Assembly: GCF_009914755.1 (NCBI RefSeq)
Contig: NC_060944.1
Length of the DNA stretch: 64,000 nt
Strand: one strand, 5' to 3'
Source: the human T2T-CHM13v2.0 reference genome, Homo sapiens
A model generated the notes under the pieces. The model did no database searches. It was not told where the DNA came from and worked only from the letters and a program-made list of their open reading frames with translations. A program made the translations under genes and the position numbers. Shown piece after piece: positions 12,030 through 25,693 of this stretch (positions are counted from its first letter, which is position 1; each line of letters opens with the position of its first letter).

Positions 12030-13730
12030 TGATTTTTATTTTAAGATATATAAACTAAGATTCATTCATTTTTTAAGGTATGTAAAGAAAGATTCATTTT
12101 TTATGGTTTTGACAAATGCACAGAATCACGTATCCACCACCAGAGCAACGATATAGAAAATTCTCATCACTTCAAAAATTCCCGTGTTTCTGTTTTGTAG
12201 TGAATTCTTCACTCCACCATCAAACCTTGGCAAACACTATTCTGTTTGTTGTTGTTGTTGTTGTTTTCTGAGACGGAGTCTTGCTGCGTCGCCCAGGCGA
12301 CAGAGAGCAGTGGCTTGATCTTGGCTCAGTGCAAGCTCTGCCTCCCAGGTTCACGCCATTCTCATGCCCCAGCCTCCCGAGTAGCTGGGACTACAGGTGC
12401 CCACCACACCACACCCGGCTAATTTTTTGTATTTTTAGTAGAGACGGGGTTTCACCTTGTTAGCCAGGATGGTCTCGATCTCCTGACCTCGTGATCCGCC
12501 CTTCTCGCCCTCCCAAACTGCTGGGATCAGTTTATCTTTTAAAAGAATATCGTGTAAACAGAATCATACGTATGTAACTGTTTAAGTCTGGCTTCTTTCA
12601 CCTGCACACAATGCATTTGATATTCATCCATGTTGTTGCATGTATCAGTAGTTTGCTTCTTTTTATTACTGGGAAGTATTCTGTTGCATAGAGGTACCAT
12701 GTTTTCTACCCATTATGCAGTTGAGAGATAGTTTTCAGATTTTAGAGATTAAGAATAAAACTAACATAAACATTTCTGGATAGGTTTTTGTGTGAACATA
12801 GGTTTTTATTTCACTTTGATAAATACCTAGGATGGAAATTGCTAGATCAAAAGACAAGTATATATTTAACATTATAAAAAAACTTTTTTTCAAAGCCAAT
12901 AGCCAAAATGTTTTTCAAAGTGGATGTGGCTATACCATTTTATATTTCCACTTGTGAAGAATGAGTGTTCCAATGAATCTGCACCTTATTCACATCTGAG
13001 TGTCATTCACATCTCAGAAGTATCAGGTTGGTGGGTTATTTTTTTCTTTTTTTCCATTGTGTTAGGTGTGAAGTAGTACATTGTGGACTTCATTTGCATT
13101 TTTTTTTTGTCACTAGTGATGCTAAGTAGCTTTCCATCTGCTTATTTGTCATCCTTATATTTTCTTAGTGAAATGTCTGTTCAAGTATTTTGCCCATTTC
13201 CTAACTGAATTATTTGCTTTCTGATTATTGGGTTTGAGAGTTCTTTATACGTTTTGCATAAAAGTCTTTCATCAGATTGAGTTTTGTGAATATTTTCTCC
13301 TAATCTGTGCCTTGCCTTCTCATTCTTGTTTCTTTTGAAGAAAAATCCAGTTAATTTTGGTGAAGTTCAATTTACCTATTTTTAAATTAGTCTATGAATC
13401 ATGTCTTTGGTGTCATACCTAATAAATCTTTGCCAAACTCAAGGTCACAGAGATTTTCTTTCTTTTTTTTTTTTTTAAGGAATGCTGTGCTTTTAGGTTT
13501 CATATTCAAGTTTATGATCTATTCTGAGTTATTTTTGTATAGGGTGCAAAATATTGGTAAAAACTCATTTTTTCCCATATTTCAGCATAATTTTTTGAAA
13601 AAACTATCTTGTCCCTAATTGCTTTTGCATCTTTAAGAGTCAATCAACTATAATTTGTGAGTCTATTTCTGACTTTTCTAATCTCTTCTATTGATCTATA
13701 TGTTTATCCTTTCTCTACTATCATACTCTA
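12030..13730 (-). mobile_element. Old L1M (MC/MD-like) 3' region
   Basis: Antisense L1 3'UTR and ORF2 end (GGTTTTGACAAATGCA, TTCATCCATGTTGTTGCATGTATCAGTAG, AAATGTCTGTTCAAG); interrupted by an Alu. Confidence 0.8.
12243..12527 (-). mobile_element. AluY-type element with (GTT)n tail, slightly 5'-truncated
   Basis: CAAGCTCTGCC, TTCACGCCATTCTC, GTTAGCCAGGATGGTCTCGATCTCCTGACCTCGTGATCC. Confidence 0.9.
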
Positions 13731-14885
13731 CACTCTTATTATTTAACGATGTTCTGCATTTATAGTATCCTTAATTGGAAAATCAAAGGTATTTTTTTCC
13801 CTAAAAATTTATCATTTTTACTGCATGCATTTTTAAAGGGTAATTTACTCTCTTTGTTCACTTTTTTGTTAATTTTTACTTTCAAAATTCATAAGCCAAC
13901 CAGTTTGAAAAAGCCACATACTGTATAATTTCATTTATGTGATATTCTGCAAAAGGCAAAACAGTTTAGTAAACAGATCAGTAAAAGATAAATAGAGCAG
14001 AAGTTTTTGGGAGTCAAAGGAGAAATGATAAAACAGGTGAAGCATAGTTAATTTTTTTACAGGGAGGTGAAACTATTCTATATGATGCTATAATGCTGAA
14101 TACATTATACTATGTGTTTGTCAAAAATCCATAGAATTTTATAGTACTAAGAGTCAGCACTAATTTATGCAAACTGAAAATAAAGTATTTAAGGGACCAG
14201 GGACTCTCAGGATGGAATATAAACTGTGACGAATAAATATAACTGTATGGCAAATATGTAAAACAAATTTCCTGAAGTGGGAGAAAAAGGTGCCGATCTA
14301 AGTAAATCTGGAAAGGAGTAGAATCTATAAGATTAAAGGCAGAAAGAACTTCACATAAGCACTCTAGTTGGTAAAGATGTTTCCCGCAGAGGTGAGAGTT
14401 AACAATTCTGAAACCTCCATACGTGTCTGGAATTGAATGATTAAGTAAATGAATGGCAGATGGGTTTCTCATCGTTGGAGGGGGCAGTTACAGAAAAGCA
14501 AGCGAAAAGACTAGAAAGATCCATGTGGTAATAGAGTTGGAGTCATTAGTGTGAACTCATGTTTAGCTAAATGTGGATATTGATGGTTACATACAGAAAT
14601 ATTGATAGGTATGTGTATATGCACAGATTAGTATATACACATGTATCTACTGATAGGGCCTAAACAACAAAACCCTTGCAGCAATGAGCACATCTAGTGC
14701 CCAGAATTTGGTCTCTAATTCCATTCTCTAATAAAAGGACCCGGGGCTTAATGAAAAAAATGGTTGATTCTAGGACTGGAACAGAAAATGAGCCTGGAGA
14801 GCCTCGTGGTGCTATAAAGAAAAATAGATAAACAAACAATAAAAAACCCTCACTGATGGGATAAGTCAAAGAGACGTAGGAGTCA

Positions 14886-14999
14886 CCTGAACAAGCTCTC
14901 AATGGCCAAAACTAAAAAATTTAAGCATCAAAATAAAGTCGTCCTGAACGAGCTCTCAATGGCCAAAACTAAAAATATTAAGCATCAAAATAAAGTTGT
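14886..14999. repeat. 57-bp tandem duplication
   Basis: CCTGAAC(A/G)AGCTCTCAATGGCCAAAACTAAAAA..AGCATCAAAATAAAGT(C/T)GT twice (14886-14942, 14943-14999). Confidence 0.95.
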
Positions 15000-15323
15000 A
15001 CTGGATCCCAACCTAAAGTATAAAACCAATATGCATGATATATACTGGCACAAATAAATGATCCAAAAAATGCATAGGGGAGAATAAGCAAATCTTCTAT
15101 GCAGAAGAATTCTAAATAATTTGTTTGTCCTTAAGAAGGTAAAACTTAATTCCCCATGCTTTAAGTGTGGGCTGAACATAGTGACTTTCTTCCAAAGAGT
15201 TCACTATGGAAAGGAGGAAAAAAAAAATGACTCTACAGTGAAGAAATCTGACAAACACTGCCTCAGCCTGGCAATCAAAGTTAACAATAGCAGTAATCAG
15301 TCATGTTGATATTATGAATCCTT

Positions 15324-15765
<442 letters not shown>

Positions 15766-16363
15766 CTAATCATGAGTAAAGCATCACATGAATCCCCATT
15801 GAGGGGATATTCTTAAAAAGTACTTGACTAGTAAACCTCAAAAATTTCAGAGTTATCAAAAGCAAGGAAAGTTTGAGAAGCTTTCACAGCCAAGAAGAGC
15901 CTAAAGAGACAAGATAAACAAATAAAATGGTGAATCCTGGATGCAGCCCTGGAAAACAACAAAGCGACCTCAGGTAAAAACTAAGGAAATGAATATAAGG
16001 TATGGGTTTTAGTTAATAATGCTAATCAATATTGATTAATTAATTGTGACAAATGTACTATACAATATGAACTGTAAGAACTGGGTGTGGGGTATATGGG
16101 AACTCCCCGTATGAACTTTAAATTTTTATAAATCTAATTCTAATCTAAAACAGAAAATTTATTTTAAAAGCAAAAAATGAATCAGAAGCTTTTCTACTTC
16201 AGTTGTAAAAATGAGACTCCAAAGAGGTTTCATCTCACTTTCCTTCATTAATCTAAAATTTCTAAAACTGTTTGCTTGGAAGGATTATGAGGCTAGGTTC
16301 TATCTCAAGGGCAATAATGCCACATCTTCCATGGGCTCAAGCAAAAGGGCAGTGGCATGCTGC

Positions 16364-16886
16364 TGTGGCAGACCTCGGTGCACAGGGGAAAAATGACCAC
16401 ACATTGTTTTGTTTGTTTTGGTATTTAATTGATTGACCAACAGAATGTGGCAGACGTGATAATCTGGGTCTTTTGAAGACAAGACCTAACAAGGCTGCAA
16501 CCTCTAGAATCCCTTAGAACAGACAGTCTAAGCACATTGTCTGTGGGGACTGAAATTCCTTGTAGTAAGAAGCCCCAGACCCACAGAGAAACCAGGTGTA
16601 AGTGCTCAGTTGACAGCCTCAGCTTAGCTCCCCACCAATAGCCGGCAAGTCTGGACAGGACACATTTGTGAGCCATTGGGTACCTCCATCCCAACTGAGC
16701 AGTGAATCTTAGAGATGGCTCCTGTTCTGATCACCATCTAATGGCAAATGCATGGGAGAATCTGGGTGGCAACTCCCCAAGCTGAGCCCAGTCCATCTAC
16801 AAAATTATGAAGATTAATAATAAATGGTTGTTACAAGGCACTGAGATTCAAGATGGTTTATTATGTAGCAGTAGATATTCAGAACA
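16364..16886 (+). mobile_element. MaLR LTR (MLT1G/H-like)
   Basis: TGTGGCAGA start; AGCTGAGCCCAGTC..AATAAATGGTTGTT..ATGTAGCAGTAGATATTCAGAACA end. Confidence 0.7.
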
Positions 16887-17330
16887 CTCTACTAAGTGCT
16901 GCGGCTCCAAACTAAATTTTCTAAGAGCACTCCATGTACAAACAAACAACTACAAAAAAAAGCAAACGTTTGCCATGTGCCTCTTATTTGCAAGACATGG
17001 TTCAGCACCTGTAACTTGAAGCCTTAGTGCTATCACCCACAGAAAGAAAGCATCTCTCAAGTAACCATTGTGAAATATTTCAAAAGAGCCACTGGTAGTA
17101 AAATTTATGTCTTCTTTTTAAAGGTTATGTCTTCTTTTATAAGACTACCCACTGCCTCTTCTCAAGTATATCTGAAGTATGGCTGGTTGGAGTGTATCAG
17201 GACCCTCAGAGGAGAAAAGCATATAAAACCAGCACACCTGAACCCAGGTAAATGGAAAGACCCTCATTATTATCTTTACCAAATATTGACACTTTGCATT
17301 AATTTAGATTTAACAGACTACTAAGGGCAT

Positions 17331-17700
17331 TGTCTCCCCACCTAAATCTCATCTTGAATTTAATCCCCATAATCCTCATAATCTCCACATGTCAAGGGAG
17401 AGACCAGGTGGAGATAATTGAATCATGGGGGTGGTATCCCCTATGCAGTTCTCATAACAATGAGTGAGTTCTCACGAGATCTCATGGTTTTATAAGGGGC
17501 TCTTCCCCTTTTACTCGACGCTTTTCCTTGCTGGACCCTGTGAAGAAGGTGCTTTGCTTCCTCTTTGCCTTCCTCCATGATTGTAGGTTTCCTGAGGCTT
17601 CCCAAGCATGCTGAACTGTGAGTCAATTAAATCTTTTTCCTTCATAAATTGCCCATTCTTGGGCAGTTTCTTTATAGCAGTATGAAAGTGAACTAATACA
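17331..17700 (+). mobile_element. THE1/MSTA-type solo LTR lacking its first ~15 bp
   Basis: CCCCACCTAAATCTCATCTTGAAT..GTGAGTTCTCACGAGATCT..TTTATAGCAGTATGAAAGTGAACTAATACA. Confidence 0.88.
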
Positions 17701-18529
17701 ACTAATAGTAAGCTTCTAATGCAAGATGACATTTCTAAAAATTATTTTACAGAAAAGATTCGTTATGAATCCGCCAAGACACCATACTGTTTTAAATCTG
17801 AAGTAAAAGTTAGTCTCAACAAGTTATTGTATCTAGACTGCATGAGTTTGTCATTAAATGATTCTGAAATGCAATGAAAATGGAAACATATTGCTTAATG
17901 AGAATGATTTTATCAATACCTGCCTTTTCTTTTAAATTGCTTTCACTGTTTAATAAAAGAGGAATAAAATTATATGAAATGTATGCCAGTAACTCAAAGG
18001 AAGGGGTGAGATGCTCTGTGCATATAACTTTGGGAAGGAGTGATATACCAGAAAGGAGTCAAATGTCTTAACTCTGTCCCAGGTTAACTCAGAGCCAGGC
18101 ATCAAGGGAAGCATGCAGGTGAGTGATTAGAAATTCTCGTCACCTGGAGTGGATGCCTAGCTCTGCTGCTCACCAGATTTGTGACCTAAGGGTTGTAAGC
18201 TGTCAGAGATTCATTTGTGAAATAAGGTATAATAGCACTGGCCTTAGAGACCTGTTGGGGGTTAAAATGTGATTAAGCTTTTAAAGTGGTTGACATAATC
18301 TATCTGTCTACCATGTACTAAGCAGTGGTAAACACTGGCCTCTAATTGTTAAAATGACCTTGAATCTCTGCATCAGATTCTGTGCCTGGACTTCTCCTAT
18401 TCCTTTCTCTTCAGGAAAGACACCATTGTTCACAAACAATTTCAGTTCATTGAGAATCAGAATAATTCCTCTGACCCGTCTGCTTTTGAAAATCATAATC
18501 TTGGAGAAGTGACGAGCATAAACATCTGT

Positions 18530-18705
18530 AGGGATTTGTGATCATGGTCAAGTTATTTAACCCATATGTGCCTCATATTTTCATCCATAAAATAGGGATA
18601 ATATAGTACCTATCAGACGAGGCAAATAGGATCGAATAACATGATACATGTGTAGAACCTAACGCAGTGTCTGACACATAGAAAGCATTCACTTTGCCAT
18701 TATTA
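18530..18705 (+). mobile_element. MIR SINE
   Basis: CAAGTTATTTAACC..GTGCCTCATATTTTCATCCATAAAATAGGGATAATATAGTACCTA. Confidence 0.75.
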
Positions 18706-18904
18706 TGTTTTAATCATTTTTATTAATGTAAAATATTTTCATTAGGCATATCATTAGTAACCTCATGTCCTGATATCTTTGCTACTAGTCTTTTTCCTAG
18801 CCATTCATTCTTTCATAAGGTGTACATGAGGGTAACACAATGAAAACACTATTAATAGGGTAATAGAGGACACTGAATGTCTCTTAGAGGGAATATTGCT
18901 TTAG

Positions 18905-19176
<272 letters not shown>

Positions 19177-19994
19177 TATATTGCTTTATTAGTAAAGTTA
19201 TTTTTAAAACCATGTGGAGTGTCGGGTGAAATATTGGGAATGTGTCTAATGGTTCTCAAGCAACAAGGTGAGATATTAAATGCTTTGCTCAAGAGGTTAT
19301 GGAGAATTTCCCCCAAAAGTGAAGAGGAGAGAGTCAGAAGGTCCAGGAAGGGAGGGAAATAGAAAAAAATTGATTGTGAGAGACTGCAGGATGGGAGCCA
19401 GTATGGGGTGGTTGAGGATTTTCTAAGAATAGGCATAATCACTTTTAAGTTTTCTGCTTCATTGAAAGTTCCTTCTCTACCCATCAAGTAATTCCAACCC
19501 ATCATAAGAAAGTCTATTTTACTCATGAATGTGTTAAACCTGTGGGAGCTTTTATGTATGGTCATTAAGAAAGTTAATATCCTGGATGTGGGGACGGGTT
19601 GTGAGCAAAAAATGACACACATCTAGAAATTGGAATTCCGGAAGCAGGGGTCACTCTGCCTCATTCCTTACCCAGTGCAGAATGTATAGAAAACGTTGAG
19701 AGTCTTCAACATGTCCACAAAGCATGGAATGGAAGACTCAAGCCAGTGTGAACTCACCATCATGTGTTTGTGCCCAGTCTAGGAACTGGCACATTTTTTA
19801 AAAAATGAATATATGAATGAATGAGATCACAGCTGACATCCGGGTTACATTTCATCTCAGGCATTATATATGTAAGCAGTATTTACTTGCAAGCTGTTCA
19901 GGCATCATTCTCAAAGTTCTCTGACTGAACTCTTTAGCTCATTGAGAATGTGAGTGTACTAAACTAGACTGGTTGTACATTTATTATGCCCAAA

Positions 19995-20480
19995 TTTTAT
20001 TCATTTAATGTACTTTTCCTAAATTCTACGATGCACTGTTCCAGGTACACAATGTCTTTGCCTTTTTGGATCTTTCATGGTAGGTGGCTAAAACAGACCA
20101 TAAGCTTTTAACAAACAAAAGTATTTCATATAGCGCTATGAAGAATGTCAACCAAGGTGTTTGGTCAGGGAGGATCTCAGCAGGGAATTGGATAAGAAGA
20201 CCTGTTAGTGAAGATGGTCAGATAATTCTTCTCTGAAAAGACTTTTGGGTTGAGGTATAAATTATGACATAGGACACGGGATAATTTGGCAGTACAACTT
20301 TCTATGTGAAGGGCTGTGATGAGTGAGGCTGATGGAATAAGAACAAGATAAGTGTGCAGGCTTCAATGGGAGATGGTTGAATGAGATTTGGAGAGGGGTC
20401 AGTAAAAATTTGGATTTTATTCGGAGAGCAACGGGAAGCCTTTGGAAGGTTTAAACATGAGAGTGGTATGATTCATTATA
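19995..20480 (-). mobile_element. L2 LINE fragment
   Basis: TTCATTTAA tail; TTGGATTTTATTC..GGGAAGCCTTTGGAAGGTTTAAA motif. Confidence 0.6.
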
Positions 20481-21789
20481 AGAGTATTTGTTTTACAATA
20501 AACAATGCTCATCTCCTCTGTTATCTCATTTAACCATCACCACAAACATGAACTCTAAGCTTTAGTATCAGGAATGCAACTGGAGCTCAGAGAGGATATT
20601 TGCTCTATCCAAGGTCATTTGGGTAAAAGGGAAAATTGAGGATTTTGCAGGATGGCCAGCAAGCATTGGCTGCCTCTCAACTGGAGCTCTCTTTGTTTAA
20701 TAATTGATGGAAGGGAAAAGAAACCTTTCTAAAATTGCTGCTAAAAGACACAATGTAGCAGAGTGATTTTTTTTTCAATACTCTCTGCAAAGTAAGCTAA
20801 AACTCATCTTTCCAATGAGCATGAGTATAATGCCTTTCCTGATTTTTTTCCAAGTCTGTCTTTTACCCACGGTCTTTGCTGAGCATGCATGTGCAACTCC
20901 CTACCAGCTTCTAAGGCTTTAGCTGATGACCTGCAATCTGGAAAAGGATCGAGAGATCAGAGTGGAGGGAATGCTGAGGGGATGTAGGAGGTACCAGAAA
21001 GGGGTGATCCACACAGCAGGCTTCAGACAGCCTGACTCAACAACAACAGAGCTGTGTATAAAGGTCTTTGCAATGTTTAGCTTTATGTGAAATCAAGTTA
21101 TATACTGTGATGAAACATCTACCAGTTTCTAGAGTCAATATATTTAAAATTAGTTTCAATATGACTGATACACATTGTTTGGTTTATGTAGACTTCACTT
21201 CAGTGGTATTATAGTGTATGTATTTTAAATATTTCATTACATTTTATGCTGTTTCATGATATTTTTCATGTAATGCTCTGAATTTTATATGAACTCTGAA
21301 AGAAAACTTTACCTCATTTACATAGTATAGTTGATCTTTCTTGTAATTCAGGATTTGAGAACTTACTCCAAAATTATATTAAAAGTAAACACAATAAAAA
21401 CACACTTTAAAGACTGGTAGCATTAACACACTAAAGATATTTTGATTTTAAAAATCAATTAACTAAATACAATAGAGTATACCTAAATATCAGAAAAATA
21501 TTGTTTCCTCTTGTCCTTACCTACTTCTCCTCCTGGGCAATATTATTCACTTCATTGTCAATGAACCAGTATCTGTCAAATTTCTTCTAGACACCAAGCA
21601 GGATGCTAGGTGGTGTGTAGACATTGGTGGGTAAAACAGACATAGATCCTATGGGGACAAAGGGCAATATATAGACAATAAAGAAAAAAACTTACAAGTA
21701 AATAAATGAATATACCATTACAAATTGTGTCAAGTGATGGCATGTAGCAGAAGAAAATGACAATACCAAAATGAAGGGATGGCATATAC

Positions 21790-22250
21790 TGTCGTCTCCC
21801 TTATATCCGATTTCTTCCTTTTCCTTAGCAATAGCACTAATTATTGTTGTTTGGGGGCAGTGGGATGCTAGTGGTGATGGTGAAATTATATCCGACTTAA
21901 AAGAACTACATTTCCCAGAATCCCTTTCAACTAGGCATGGTCTGTAATACAGATCTGACCGATCAGGTAGAAGGAGATGGAAACATTGCTTCCTAAGAGG
22001 ACTACATCCTCAGTGGTTCCTTTCTTTTATCAATTAGGAACATGGACAGGACTCTGGAGTGTGGTCATCCTGTGACCATGAGGCAAGGAGCATGAAGCAG
22101 AGTGTAAAGGAATCTGAACTAACCCTGGGCTTCTTGTTATGTGGGGGGGGGGGGGGGGGGGGGGGGGGGGGATTATACAGCAAATTTACTTAAAAATGTG
22201 TATTAGTCAGATTTTTAGTTACTCATGGGTAAATGCAATCCCTAATTAAG
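21790..22250 (+). mobile_element. Ancient ERVL/MaLR LTR (LTR33/LTR16/MLT1-like)
   Basis: ACTACATTTCCCAGAATCCC, CATCCTGTGACCATGAGG, CTTCTTGTTATGTG motifs. Confidence 0.55.
22143..22171 (+). repeat. G29 homopolymer
   Basis: Counted directly. Confidence 0.95.
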
Positions 22251-22591
22251 GGTGTGAAGTGAGTGCTGAAACTTGCTTAGGAAAAGAGGTGGAAAAATTG
22301 GATGGGAATTAAGCATAGAGGTACCACGAAGTATCTGAAATTGTTTGGTTATGTCTGTAGACAAATCAAATGCTTAAACAAAATAAACTGAAATTTTCAA
22401 CACATGCACACACACAGTCCTCATACTTTTAGATTTTTAGTTTAAAAAATAAGTATTTGGCACACATCCGTATTCACACAACTCTTTTAGGCATCTACTT
22501 CCCTTTACCTGTGCAGGCCTATACGTTTAATGAGCAGAATAAAAAATATCCATTCCTTAGGCTAAGGTTTCATTTTTACATTGGACTAAAA

Positions 22592-22790
22592 TAGTTCCCA
22601 GCTTTGGTTTGCAATATTAGAAATCTGGGGAGGTTTGAAATAATACTCAGCTCCAGGCCTCAAGCAAGACCAAATGAACCTTAGAGATTCTAATTCAGTA
22701 GGTCTGGGTACCTTGGGAGGGGTCTGGGCATTAGTATTTTTTTAAAAGCCCCTTAGGTGATTCTATAAGGTCAGGTTTCAGAACCACTGA
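22592..22790. mobile_element. MER5-like hAT MITE
   Basis: AGAGATTCTAATTCAGTAGGTCTGGG..AGGTGATTCT..AGAACCACTG. Confidence 0.7.
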
Positions 22791-23868
22791 TCTAAAGGAA
22801 TAAACTTGAGTCTGGCTGTCCACATACCTAAATCACCCCAAAGTGCAGTAAAGTGCAATAATACAGTGGCTCAGAACGTCCTTTATTTCTTCAGCAAGAA
22901 AATCTCCATTCCAGTGTTAAATTCGCCAGTAAATGATTGGGTGATTTTGAGCAAATTATTGAATCTTCTAAGCCTCTCTTTCCTCATTGAAGACTAAATG
23001 AAATAGATGCTGCGCACCTACCAAGATAACACTGTATTATTTGTGGGAAGTTGTGCTAGCTGAGTTTTTCAATCACTATTTGCAAATTAGCAGGGGCTCC
23101 AAATATTAAAACCATGCAATATGGTTAAGATCTATGTAAGTACAATGAAATTTCTACATCCAACACAATCACACAAACATGACTGGATTTTCAGTGTTTG
23201 GAAGATACTTTGAGGATGAATTCACTTAAAATGTAGACAACATGTCAGGCAAAAATGGACTTTTTGAGTTCTGTGGAGACACTCAGTAGAATCCAAGGCA
23301 TGTAAAACTGAACAGTCAGAAGCCTTTGTAAATGCATTTGAAAGAGACAAGTCATGTTTATTAAGATGCTATGAAAAAATGAAAACAAAACTTAATGACT
23401 TCATATATGAGCTTCCAATTTTTTAAAAAAAGCCTCTAGGGTAGGCCCACCTAGTTGCAGGCTCTGATTTGCAAGAATGCTGCTCTTTACAGGACACATT
23501 TGTGTAGCTGCTCCCCGGTGGGTCACAGCAGGAATGTTATTTACTTAACCATGGGGAATGGTTTTTCAGAGCAACCCCCAAGGAAGCCAGAAAGTAAAAA
23601 TGTCTTCATTATATAATGGTATCATAGTCTTAGAGTTAGAACAAATGCTTAATACCATCTACTCTGAGCTGTTTATTTTCCAGATTTAAAATCTATGGCC
23701 TGTATGTTAGGTGCCTCTGTTAACACATTCTAGGAGGTTGATGGAGGGCAACTGCAAGCCCTTAAGTTGAAGTTAATTCTAGTCCCCTCTGTGTTTCTCT
23801 TTGAGCCGTGCTGTCCAGTGTGGCAGCCACAGGCCACACAGGGCTTTTGAGTTCTTGAAATGTGGCTA

Positions 23869-24273
<405 letters not shown>

Positions 24274-24385
24274 TTACATATTGGAATGACAATATTTGGG
24301 ATGTATTAGGTTAAATAAAATATATTAAAATTAGTTTCTACATTTTACTATTTTAAAAAACGCAACTACCAGAAAATTTAAGTAA

Positions 24386-24745
<360 letters not shown>

Positions 24746-25430
24746 TAACTTAGATTTCCTATGACAAAGTAAGTAAGGTAACCAGAAACACAAAAAGATT
24801 GACAGTCATGTAAAAGTTAAAAAGATGTGGTCAGAAATAAAGGGAGAGAGGGATCATGGAATAAACGGGTGTGAATTGGTGTAGTCAGGTATGAAATCCT
24901 AAATATGTTCTCAATAAGGGGCTACTAGCTCATCTTTTAGAAACATGGAAAATTCACTGAAGGAAAGGGAATGGAAGCATCTCATTCAGTGTTTTCAGGG
25001 GCAAGACCTCAACATTTAGAGGCTACCAGCTGTTCTCCTTTCGAGGTGTCTTTCTTATTCTATAGGGAAAAAAAACTATTACATATATGTTATAAGCCCT
25101 GAATTGCATGCTGACAAATAGGTTTCTCTATAGCTTAAGGATATAGGCAAAATTTTAGTAAAGGTAAGTTATTTTTACCTGAGACATGCCTAATAATGGT
25201 ATATATTTTCATATATTTTCTCTTTTTTAAATCATACAGCAAAATAACTTTTTGTATGTCTTCTAATACACACACTTATAGGTAATAGCAGCAGACTTAG
25301 TAAATGTGATACTGTAGATTGGGCCACTCACTGCTCAATACAGAGTTTCTTGTGTATAGTTATAGCTAATAGTTTTCATTTTTGATGGAGATTTGTCAGA
25401 TTTGTGTGTGGAGGTGGGTTGGGGGCGGTT

Positions 25431-25693
25431 AGAGACAAGGTCTTACTCTGTTGCCCAGATTGGAGTAGAGGGGTGTGATCATAGCTCACTGCAGCCTCAA
25501 ACTCCTGGGCTTAAGCAATCTTCCTGTCTCAGCCTCCCAAGTAGCTAGGACTACAGGCATGAGCCACCACACCTGGCTGATTATTTTTTCTTTTGTTGTT
25601 GTTATTTTTTTTGGTAGGGATAGGATCTCACTCTGTTGCCCCGTCTAGCCTTCACTCTTGGCCTCAAACAATCCTCTTGATTCAGCCTCCAAA
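25431..25693 (-). mobile_element. AluJ
   Basis: GATCATAGCTCACTGCAGCCTCAAACTCCTGGGCTTAAGCAATC (J diagnostics). Confidence 0.85.
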
